Positions 1-8,122 of a stretch of 64,000 nucleotides of DNA are shown here, one piece after another. Position numbers and translations under genes: made by a program. The notes beneath the pieces were generated by a model, which was not told the DNA's origin, made no database searches, and was given only the letters and a program-made list of their open reading frames with translations. The DNA is from an uncultured Gammaproteobacteria bacterium (lineage in GTDB: Bacteria; Patescibacteriota; Microgenomatia; UBA12405; JAHJSD01): the NCBI GenBank assembly GCA_964428655.1, contig CAYRYE010000001.1, positions 73,328 to 137,327 on the forward strand. The letters are read 5' to 3'. Each line of letters begins with the position of its first letter. Position 1 is the stretch's first letter.

Positions 1-1
1 A

Positions 2-700
2 GACAAGGTTGTTGCCGATAAAGATGAGTGTCAAGTAGTAGGCGGTAAAGGCAGTAAACCAGCCATTAAAGGTCGAATCAGCTTGATTGAGAATGAGATT
101 AGGAAAACTACTTCAGATTACGACAAAGAAAAATTAGAAGAGAGACTGGCAAAATTGGCCGGCGGAGTGGCTGTCATTAATGTTGGCGCCGCTACAGAAG
201 TGGAGTTAAAAGAGAAGCAGGAAAGAGTAAAAGATGCTGTTGGAGCTACTAAGGCAGCTGCCGAAGAAGGTATTTTACCGGGAGGGGGCATTGCTCTTCT
301 CCGGGCTCGAGATGCTCTAGATAATGTTAGTGTGGAGAATAAAGAAGAAGAAATTGGAGTCGCTATTGTTCGATACGCTCTAGAGCAGCCAATTCGTTGG
401 TTGGCCCGCAATGCCGGCAAAGACGAAGGTTATGTTGTCAGTAAGGTATTAGAGACAATTGAGAAAGGCAAAATTGACTATGGATTTAACGCCTTGACCG
501 GTGAGTTTGAATCAATGATTAAAGCAGGAATCCTTGACCCGCTTAAAGTGACTCGAACGGCGGTTGAGAATGCGGTTAGTGTTGGCTCCATGGTCCTTAC
601 TACCGAAGTAATGATCACTGATTTACCAGAGAAAGAAGAAGAAAAAATAGCCCCTGGCGCTCGAGCCGGTATGCCGGGTATGCCTGGTGGAGGCTATTAA
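2..700 (+). CDS. groL: Chaperonin GroEL, C-terminal part (5' end lies outside the window)
   Basis: Open frame from the window edge. The translation ...LAGGVAVINVGAATEVELKEKQERVKDA...GGGIALL... matches the GroEL equatorial/C-terminal region and ends in a Gly/Met-rich tail (GMPGMPGGGY). Confidence 0.9.
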   Translation, partial: DKVVADKDECQVVGGKGSKPAIKGRISLIENEIRKTTSDYDKEKLEERLAKLAGGVAVINVGAATEVELKEKQERVKDAVGATKAAAEEGILPGGGIALLRARDALDNVSVENKEEEIGVAIVRYALEQPIRWLARNAGKDEGYVVSKVLETIEKGKIDYGFNALTGEFESMIKAGILDPLKVTRTAVENAVSVGSMVLTTEVMITDLPEKEEEKIAPGARAGMPGMPGGGY

Positions 701-725
701 AAAGAAACTCCAAAATTTGTTATAA

Positions 726-1253
726 TTGGTTGTGAATCAATTCAAAAAAGTCTTGCTCATTATTGCTCCGGAGAATTTTCGCGATGAAGAATTGTTTGAA
801 ACAAAGAAAGTTTTGGACGCAGCTGGAATTAAGACAGAGGTAGCATCTACTAAGATAGGAATAATCAAGGGAATGTTGGGTGGAAGTCAAGAAGTCAAAA
901 AGACGATTTTAGATATTAGTATTGTTGATTACAGTGCGATTGTTTTTGTTGGCGGCGCAGGCGCTTCTGTTTATTTTGATGATCCAATTGCTTTAGCTAT
1001 TGCCGAGGAAGCGGTCAGACAAAACAAGTTAATTGCCGCTATATGTATTGCTCCATCAATTTTGGCCAACGCTGGCATTTTACGAGATAAAAAAGCAACC
1101 TCATTCCTTTCTGAGAAGGATAATTTAACAAAAAAAGGAGCCGAATTCACCGGTGATTCAGTTACTATTGACAATAGGATTATTACCGCTTCCGGACCTG
1201 AAGCGGCTCGTGACTTTGGTTGGAAAATTGTTGAATTCTTGCAGGAAAAATGA
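726..1253 (+). CDS. DJ-1/PfpI (ThiJ) family protein
   Basis: 175 aa with a class I glutamine amidotransferase-like fold signature: LLIIAPENFRDEE...AICIAPSILANAG has the conserved Cys in a nucleophile-elbow context. Confidence 0.7.
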   Translation: MVVNQFKKVLLIIAPENFRDEELFETKKVLDAAGIKTEVASTKIGIIKGMLGGSQEVKKTILDISIVDYSAIVFVGGAGASVYFDDPIALAIAEEAVRQNKLIAAICIAPSILANAGILRDKKATSFLSEKDNLTKKGAEFTGDSVTIDNRIITASGPEAARDFGWKIVEFLQEK

Positions 1254-2800
1254 TTGATTTCCTCGAATACAGTACATCTTCCAAGTGTCCTAGTTGATAT
1301 CTGTTGAACCTGGATGTCTCCCAAAGGAAAAATTGGGGGCAAATTTGACAAGCTATAGGCTTTGAATTACACTAATTCATCTGGGAAGGCAAGATATGCA
1401 GACTATAAAGATAGAAAGAATAACCGAGACTTTGGAGATGGCTGAAACATTTCCACTAAGGAAGTCTTCTTCTTTTGAGAGGTGTTTACTTCTAGCAAGA
1501 GGTAAGTGTCATAGTCCAAAAGCGAGTCTTCTTCCCTGTAACTCTTGTAAAGCTGCGAGAGAAGATCATATAAGGATTGTAACTCGGTTGCGAGAGGGAA
1601 TAGGCAATGCAGATACGTCTACTGTTAAGCCCGAAAGATGTCGTTGGACAAGAGCGAATGGAAAGAAGGGACGCGTAATTGTAAGGAATTTTAAGGGAGA
1701 AACAGAAGTGTTTTACCAGCCGTACAAGAGAACTCTCTAAGTGGCCTAGATACCACGGGTAGTTTGTTCCGCATCACTTCAAACTTTTAATAATAAAAAC
1801 CAAAATAAAATTTGTTATGCTCATCAAAATGAATGGGGCGCGAGACACTATTATGATAGAACTTATTAAAAGATACTGATTGTTTGGGTGAAAAATACAA
1901 AATTTTTTGCTATACTAACAAATAATAAAATGAAAGCAATGATAAGGGAAGTACAAAGGCCGTTTAGTATGCAAATTGTGGGGCATAATGGCTATGGCGA
2001 CCAAATAATTCATGCCTCCAGTGGTAGACATTTACTCTCAGTTGTTGTAGAACGACGAAAAGTAGGGGCAAGAGAAAGGGGTTTTCATTGCCAAACAACT
2101 TTGGAAGTTATGAAATTAAAGGGAAGAGAAAATGGAAGTGGTAGACCAACTTTAACTCTGGATCACGAGAGTCTTCGTCGGCTTAATGTCTCCGGAACGC
2201 CTGAACAAATAGGATGTCGCTTTAGGCAAATTGTAGGTGAGTTATCTGCGTAAATTTTGGTTAGACATCACTAGACACCTTACAAATTCCCATCACTCTT
2301 CTAGATGTTTTTCTACCGCTGGTTCATATTTTTTAACTATTAACTAAAAACAGAAATTGAGACAAAGTGGGATTTATAGGGGGTTAACATGATAAAATAC
2401 ATAGAAATGTTAGGAGAAAGAGATAATTGTTTCCGCTCAATTATTTATATTGGTGATCCAGAAGCCAGATGCTCCGCTTCCACTTTTGAAAGAACAAGAA
2501 AAAGGAGTGTAGTTGTAAGAATAACAAGAGTTGATGAGGTGGGTTGCCGTACTCAGAGAACTTCAGGCTCTTGCCCTAGATTAAAAAGACAAATGTCTAG
2601 AGTGCCTTCGTCAGGATAACAAAACGACAAAACCAGTTGAAACAGGACCGATACTTGGGACTTTCAAAAGACCCAGAAAAAAATGGCACAGCTTTTTGAT
2701 GAGTAGAACATGTCTTATAACAAGACCAAGATATGATTCGGCTACAAATTACTTATATTACTAGAGAAGGTGTATTATAAAATATAAGAAGGTAAAGATT

Positions 2801-3076
2801 ATGAGTATTAAAAAACACTTTAGTCTTGATGATGCCGAAAGAATTGGGAAAGAACTAGGAATCAATTGGGAAAAGTTTGATGTAGAACAGTTTAGAAGGG
2901 GAATGGATGTCGAGCTGGAACATGGGTTGGTTGACCCACATACTAACGTCAGTAATGATGATCCTTTAATAACAGGAAAGATTACTCTGGCCCACCTTAA
3001 AGAATTTCCTGATTATTATATTCGGCTGGAGAAAATGGAAAAAGAAGCCGAAAAATACTGGGAAAGTAGAAAATGA
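2801..3076 (+). CDS. small conserved hypothetical protein (91 aa)
   Basis: Clean ORF with coding-like composition and a GMDVELEHG motif; function unknown. Confidence 0.5.
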   Translation: MSIKKHFSLDDAERIGKELGINWEKFDVEQFRRGMDVELEHGLVDPHTNVSNDDPLITGKITLAHLKEFPDYYIRLEKMEKEAEKYWESRK

Positions 3077-3136
3077 GAGATTTTTCTATTGGCAATATCC
3101 GCTTCTGGACCGGTTAAGAGTTTTTTAAGGTGTTGA

Positions 3137-3526
3137 CTCAAGGTGGATAAATTGTGTTAAAATGCGTTTGTATCTAGAAGTACTGGTAAAAAATTGGCAA
3201 GAAGATTACGAAGTGGAGAAGGGGTTGGTAATGGCGAAGTCAAAGCCTACATGGGGCGCGTGAAGCCAGTTGTTGAAGGCAGAGCTCCAAGAGTCACAGT
3301 TACTTTGCGTCCCGAAATAGGAACAATCAGGAATGCCAGAGATATTAATTTGCTTACCGGGCAAAGGAGCGAAGCTAATCGCTTACACAAGAGGCTTCAT
3401 GTTTCATTGGAGAGAATCGTAGTAGATTAGAGAGACAAAGAGCTGGTCTTTAGGTAACTTCCGAATGCGAGTAATACTTAACGAAAATTATAATAACTAG
3501 GGCACTTTTGCTAGTGCTTTTTTATA
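3137..3526 (+). ncRNA. candidate small RNA unit bounded by a promoter-like element and an intrinsic terminator
   Basis: TTGACT-N19-TGTTAAAAT (3137-3172). Terminator GCACT-TTTGCT-AGTGC+T6 (about 3498-3526). The interior has only a compositionally odd 78-aa ORF. Confidence 0.25.
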
Positions 3527-3539
3527 GTAAAATTGGGTT

Positions 3540-3833
3540 ATGAAGAAAGCCTTGTTCTTATTGTTGGTTTTGTTGAGTATTTGGTTGTTTATTAGATTTG
3601 TCATTGGCGGAAATGAGGATTCATGGATATGTGTTGACAATCAATGGGTAAAGGATGGTAATCCCAGCTCACCAATGCCTGAAGAAGGTTGTGGACAAGA
3701 GAAATCTGAAAAATTAATAGGTGGCGACAAAGATGAACATGGCTGTTTGCTTATGGCTGGGTATACCTGGTGTGAGCCGAAGCAGAAATGTTTGCGGGAA
3801 TGGGAGGAAAACTGTGATGGAATCAGGGACTAG
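3540..3833 (+). CDS. small secreted/membrane-anchored Cys-rich protein
   Basis: N-terminal hydrophobic signal/TM (LFLLLVLLSIWLFIRFVIG) followed by 6 Cys in about 70 aa. Confidence 0.45.
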   Translation: MKKALFLLLVLLSIWLFIRFVIGGNEDSWICVDNQWVKDGNPSSPMPEEGCGQEKSEKLIGGDKDEHGCLLMAGYTWCEPKQKCLREWEENCDGIRD

Positions 3834-4295
3834 AAAATTTACCGAGGAGATCTTTTGGGTGCTACATATATACCAACAACATTTGAGTTAAGTTCAATTG
3901 GCCCTTGTTCTCTTCTACTTCTGACGATGTGCCCCCTTACTCCTGGAGCCACTCTTACGTCCATTTTACCCCTTCCTTGCTCTTGTCTTGTTTGAATGGC
4001 TTCTTGAATCATCCGTCGATTATCTCTAGAAACATGGCCAACTAAAGCTCAGTTTCTTGGATCTCCCTCTAGGTTTACGCAAACCCTTTGGAAACCATGT
4101 TTATGTTCCATCTGTTTTCCACTTGCGTTTACATATGTTCTTGACGTAAAAACTCTTTTTATTAAATTTTCCTGCATGTTTTTTTGTGTTTAATAATCTT
4201 TATCTTTGTCCTTAATTAGGGGAATTTTACTATAAGTTTTTCTATTTTGCAATTGCTGCCAAGCGCCTTGTTGTTATAATGAGTAAATTGACTTA

Positions 4296-5123
4296 ATGGA
4301 TAGCAGAAGAATAGACTATTCGAAAATTTATTCTCCGAGCAGGTTGAGTATGTTTGCTCAGTGTCCCAAGCAATACTATTTTTACTATCTTGACCCTACT
4401 TATAGCCGAATGAAAAATGAGCTTAAAAAGCTGCCGGAGAATATTTGGAGCTTTCACACTTTGGGAAAAGCTGTTCATAATGCCATTACCCTTTTTTATC
4501 ATTCTCCTCCAGAACAAAGAACACTAGCGCAACTCAAAGAATATCTTAAGCAGGCTTGGCGCAGCGAAGTGATGTGGAATAAGAAGCCGCCCTTGGGGGA
4601 ATGGGGCGGATTTGAAAGCCTTGAACAAGAAAGAAAAATTTATGGAGAGGCGCTTCTAATGCTGGAAAACTTCTTTAAAATGGCAGAAATTGATTCTGAA
4701 TTGGAATACTTACCCACCCGAGATTTTAGACAGTCAATTGAAGATTACCAAAAATTAATCATTCCCCTTTCAGAAAATTTTGATATCAGTGGCAAGTTCG
4801 ACTTAATAGTTGGGGATAATAATTGCCTTCACATAATTGACTTTAAAACCAGCAAAAGAGAGGGTGATGATCATTTTCAATTAAGATTTTATAAACTCCT
4901 GGCTGAAAAGAATTTTAAAAAAGCGGTCAAAAAAGCCAGCTTTTACTTTTTGAGAGCTGGTAAGAAAAAAGAATTCGATTTGGAAAAAGAGGCAGAAAGA
5001 ATCAAAGAAGAAATATTAAATAAAATTAACCAGATAAAATTAACCAAAGATTTTGAGCAAAGACCAGGAAAACTTTGTAAGTTTTGCTTATTTAGAACTT
5101 TTTGTTCTGAGCAAGAAGGGTAA
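4296..5123 (+). CDS. PD-(D/E)XK nuclease, RecB/Cas4-like with Fe-S cysteines
   Basis: Has the Cas4/AddB-type arrangement: N-terminal Cys (FAQCPKQYY), a C-terminal CxxC...C (CKFCLFRTFC), a nuclease core GKFDLIV...HIIDFKTSK (D...D-x-K) and a QxxxY motif (FQLRFY). Confidence 0.7.
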   Translation: MDSRRIDYSKIYSPSRLSMFAQCPKQYYFYYLDPTYSRMKNELKKLPENIWSFHTLGKAVHNAITLFYHSPPEQRTLAQLKEYLKQAWRSEVMWNKKPPLGEWGGFESLEQERKIYGEALLMLENFFKMAEIDSELEYLPTRDFRQSIEDYQKLIIPLSENFDISGKFDLIVGDNNCLHIIDFKTSKREGDDHFQLRFYKLLAEKNFKKAVKKASFYFLRAGKKKEFDLEKEAERIKEEILNKINQIKLTKDFEQRPGKLCKFCLFRTFCSEQEG

Positions 5124-5136
5124 AAATAAATTAGTT

Positions 5137-5397
5137 TTATTTGTCTCGTTTGCTAAAGAGGGCTTGGATAAGAGAAAGTTGGTAGGGTTGATTTCTTATC
5201 ATTCCCCTGGCTTCTTGGATAGCTCGAGGCAAGGAAACTCGGTGAGGATTCCCTAATCGTATTCTTGAAACTTGGGGGCTAAGAGGAAATCCGCGAAGTG
5301 CCCCATCTCCTCTGCTTTCTATCCATTCACCTGTTCTCTTATCAACATGGCTGGTGTTGGTTGTTGTTAATCGCCATGCTCGATGCTCTCTAGACAT
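5137..5397 (-). CDS. hypothetical small basic protein (alternative start at MSREH)
   Basis: ORF sits in a 360-bp gap between co-directional genes. It is basic and Thr/Arg-rich with no recognisable family, so it may be spurious. Confidence 0.2.
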   Translation of the reverse strand: MSREHRAWRLTTTNTSHVDKRTGEWIESRGDGALRGFPLSPQVSRIRLGNPHRVSLPRAIQEARGMIRNQPYQLSLIQALFSKRDK

Positions 5398-5482
5398 TTT
5401 TAGTAAAAAAACAAAATAATTTTCTTTGATAATTTGTTGCAAACTTCGGTGATAGACTATTTTCTATGTTATCATTATTTTA

Positions 5483-6238
5483 ATGCGGTTGAGAGAGGTT
5501 TTAAAAAAACAAACTGTTTTTGCTTTTAATTGTGATGATTTTGTTATTTATCGGGGAGTGGTGGAGGCGGTTAGGGAGACTAATACTCCGGCCATTGTTC
5601 AGGTTTCGCCAGGAGAGCTTAATTTTTGGGGGCTAGAAAGATTTGTTGTTTTGGCCAAAAATGAGGGCATCCCTATTTTTCTTAATTTTGATCATAGCAG
5701 GGATTTATCTTTGGTGAAGAAGATTGTTAATTTAGGGGTGGATATGATTCATTTTGACGGTTCAAGCTTGTCTTGGCAGGAGAATATTGATTTAACGAGA
5801 CAAGTAGTTAAATTGTGCCACGAAAATAATGTATTGGTTGAGGGAGAGCCGCAGCAAGACCAAACCGATCCGAAAAAGGCCGCCGAGTTTTCAGCAAAAA
5901 CAGGAGTTGATTTAATTGCCGTTTTTGTTGGCAATCGACATGGTATGGATTTAAAAAAACCAGAGAGAATAGATTTTGATTGCCTGCTGGCAATTAAAAA
6001 AGCGGTGAAAGAAAAGGGCTTGACTCTTCATGGCGGCTCGGGAGTTCATCAGAGTGATATCGATCAAGTTATTAAACGAAAATTAGTTTCAAAAATTAAT
6101 ATTAATTCTCGTTTGCGTTTTGTTTATCTGAAAAAATTAAAAGAGGAACTGGAAACTTATCGGGGGAACAAAATTTATCACATAATGGAGTCTATAGTTT
6201 TAGCAATTAAAGAAGAGGTTAAGAAATGTTTGACGTGA
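5483..6238 (+). CDS. fba: class II fructose/tagatose-bisphosphate aldolase family protein
   Basis: Motifs NFDHSRDLSL...GVDMIHFDGSSLSWQENI...VEGE...HGGSG are typical of class II (metal-dependent) ketose-bisphosphate aldolases. Confidence 0.75.
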   Translation: MRLREVLKKQTVFAFNCDDFVIYRGVVEAVRETNTPAIVQVSPGELNFWGLERFVVLAKNEGIPIFLNFDHSRDLSLVKKIVNLGVDMIHFDGSSLSWQENIDLTRQVVKLCHENNVLVEGEPQQDQTDPKKAAEFSAKTGVDLIAVFVGNRHGMDLKKPERIDFDCLLAIKKAVKEKGLTLHGGSGVHQSDIDQVIKRKLVSKININSRLRFVYLKKLKEELETYRGNKIYHIMESIVLAIKEEVKKCLT

Positions 6239-7110
6239 TTACTTTTGGTTCAGCCATTGTTGATGTTTTTTTGAAATCTTCTCATATTTTCAAGCGGGAC
6301 AAAGAAAAAATAAACATTGATGAAAGAGTAATTTGCGCCGGCGGCGGCGGCACCAATACGGCAGTAAGTTTTGTCAGATTGGGATTGAATTGCGCTGCAG
6401 TCGTTCGGTTGGGAGATGATTTATTCGGCCAATTAATAGTTGAAGAACTAGAACAAGAAAAAGTAAATATTAATTTTTTAGTTCAAAAAAATGAAGAGAC
6501 TGATAGTTCAGTGATTCTAATTGGACCAAATGGCAAACGGATAATTTTGATTTATCGAGGGCCGACTCGACTGGAAGATAAGAATATTAATTGGGATAAA
6601 CTCAATGCTAAGTGGTTTTATTTGGCTTCTTTAGAAGGCAATTTGGATTTGGCCGAAAAATTAATTAGTTTTGCCAATAAAAAAAATATTAAAGTCGCTT
6701 GGAATCCGGGGAAAAAAGAACTAACCCGGAGCAGCCGTGTTTTTCAGTTGGCCAACAATGTCGAGCTATTCAATCTTAATCGTGAGGAAATGGAAGAACT
6801 GATTGGTGAAAAATTTAGAGACAAACAATTTTGGGAAAAGGTAAAAAAAGTAGGCGCAAAACTAACAATAGTAACTGATGGTCGTAGTGGAGCCTATCTT
6901 TTAAATGAAAAGAAACTTTTATTCAAATCAACTCCAAAGACAATCCCAATTGATGAAACCGGGGCCGGAGATGCTTTTGGAAGCGGCTTTGTTGCCGGAT
7001 TAATTAAGGGTATGAGTTTAGAGAGTGCTTTTGATTTGGCAATGAAGAATGGTGCTTCAGTTGTGCAGAAGATTGGCGCGAAAGCGGGATTATTAAAAAT
7101 TAGTAATTAG
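6226..7110 (+). CDS. PfkB-family carbohydrate kinase (ribokinase-like)
   Basis: N-terminal Gly-rich motif GGGGTNTAVSF and the C-terminal anion-hole motif ETGAGDAFGSGFVAG (DTxGAGD). Overlaps the fba stop. Confidence 0.8.
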   Translation: MFDVITFGSAIVDVFLKSSHIFKRDKEKINIDERVICAGGGGTNTAVSFVRLGLNCAAVVRLGDDLFGQLIVEELEQEKVNINFLVQKNEETDSSVILIGPNGKRIILIYRGPTRLEDKNINWDKLNAKWFYLASLEGNLDLAEKLISFANKKNIKVAWNPGKKELTRSSRVFQLANNVELFNLNREEMEELIGEKFRDKQFWEKVKKVGAKLTIVTDGRSGAYLLNEKKLLFKSTPKTIPIDETGAGDAFGSGFVAGLIKGMSLESAFDLAMKNGASVVQKIGAKAGLLKISN

Positions 7111-7120
7111 GTTAATTTGT

Positions 7121-8083
7121 ATGCGTGCTTCTCAGCTTGAAATATTGCCCAAAATTGAGAAAGAAAAAAATCAGAAAGAAACTAGATTGTGGACAGCGAT
7201 TTTTCTGGTTATTACTTTCCTGCCTAGTTTCCTTTTTTGGTTAATTGCTGGTTTTAAAGAAAACAAAATTAAACTTGGCAGTTTTCCAGTTAAAGTCAGC
7301 GTTCCCAGAATAGATCTTTCCTACCAAGCCAGTGAGGATATATCAGTGAAGCTTGGCCAGTGGGCAGCAAAAAACTTGTCTGATTTGCCAGGCGAGTGGG
7401 CGATTGAAGTGAGATTTTTAAATAGTGATTTTAGTTGGGGGCTTAATGAAAATGATCAATTTACAGCCGCTTCGTTAATAAAATTGCCGGTAGTGGCCGC
7501 TTTTTATTATCAAGTTGGATTGGGTGAATTAGATCTTGATGATGTTTATGTTCTTAAGGAGGCAGACAAGAGTCCTGGGGCCGGCAGTTTGCAAAATAAA
7601 CCAGTTGGTTTTAAATCAACTTTGGCCCAGTTGGCAAGCTTGGCCTTTTCTCAGTCGGATAACACTGCTCTTAATATCTTAAGAACACTAGTTAGCGATG
7701 AGATAATTAACGGATTGATAATCCAATGGGGGATGGTAAAAACCGATTTGGAGGAAAATTTAACTACTGCCGAAGATGTGGCCCGCTTTTTCCATTTACT
7801 TTATCAAGGTCAGATTGTTAACGAGGAATTTAAAGAGAAAATGTTAACTGATTTGACAGGCACTATATTTGAAGATCAAATTCCAGCCGGAGTTCCCGAG
7901 GGGATTAAAGTAGCTCACAAGGTGGGGATTGAAGTTGGTGTTATTTCTGATGCCGGTATTATTTTTATTCCAGGGAAACCGTTTGTTTTAGCAATTTTGA
8001 GCCAAAACACGAATGTTTCAGTTGCCAAGGAAAGATTTCCTCAATTAGTTAATGATCTCTACTGGTTAATTTCAAATCCATGA
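7121..8083 (+). CDS. class A beta-lactamase-fold serine hydrolase (membrane-anchored)
   Basis: N-terminal TM, then SxxK (AASLIKL), SDN (SQSDNTA) and a K[T/V]G-like motif (HKVG). Confidence 0.65.
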   Translation: MRASQLEILPKIEKEKNQKETRLWTAIFLVITFLPSFLFWLIAGFKENKIKLGSFPVKVSVPRIDLSYQASEDISVKLGQWAAKNLSDLPGEWAIEVRFLNSDFSWGLNENDQFTAASLIKLPVVAAFYYQVGLGELDLDDVYVLKEADKSPGAGSLQNKPVGFKSTLAQLASLAFSQSDNTALNILRTLVSDEIINGLIIQWGMVKTDLEENLTTAEDVARFFHLLYQGQIVNEEFKEKMLTDLTGTIFEDQIPAGVPEGIKVAHKVGIEVGVISDAGIIFIPGKPFVLAILSQNTNVSVAKERFPQLVNDLYWLISNP

Positions 8084-8122
8084 CTTTCAACAAGGTAGAA
8101 ATAATCTGGAGGTTATTGCGGC

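Noticed and set aside
118-420. 100-aa minus-strand ORF inside groEL
   Set aside because: It is fully antisense to a high-confidence conserved gene and has an Ala/Ser/Arg-rich shadow-frame composition.
3834-4290. Possible decayed gene remnant on the minus strand (short frame encoding ...GRGKMDVRVAPGVRGHIVRSRREQGPIELNSNVVGIYVAPKRSPR)
   Set aside because: The frame is only about 57 codons, interrupted by stops, with no recognisable family. It is more likely the promoter/leader region of the Cas4-like gene.
5053-5256. 67-aa plus-strand ORF in the gap after the Cas4-like gene
   Set aside because: It overlaps the opposite-strand small ORF, has no RBS, and starts inside the upstream gene's end. 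It is likely spurious.
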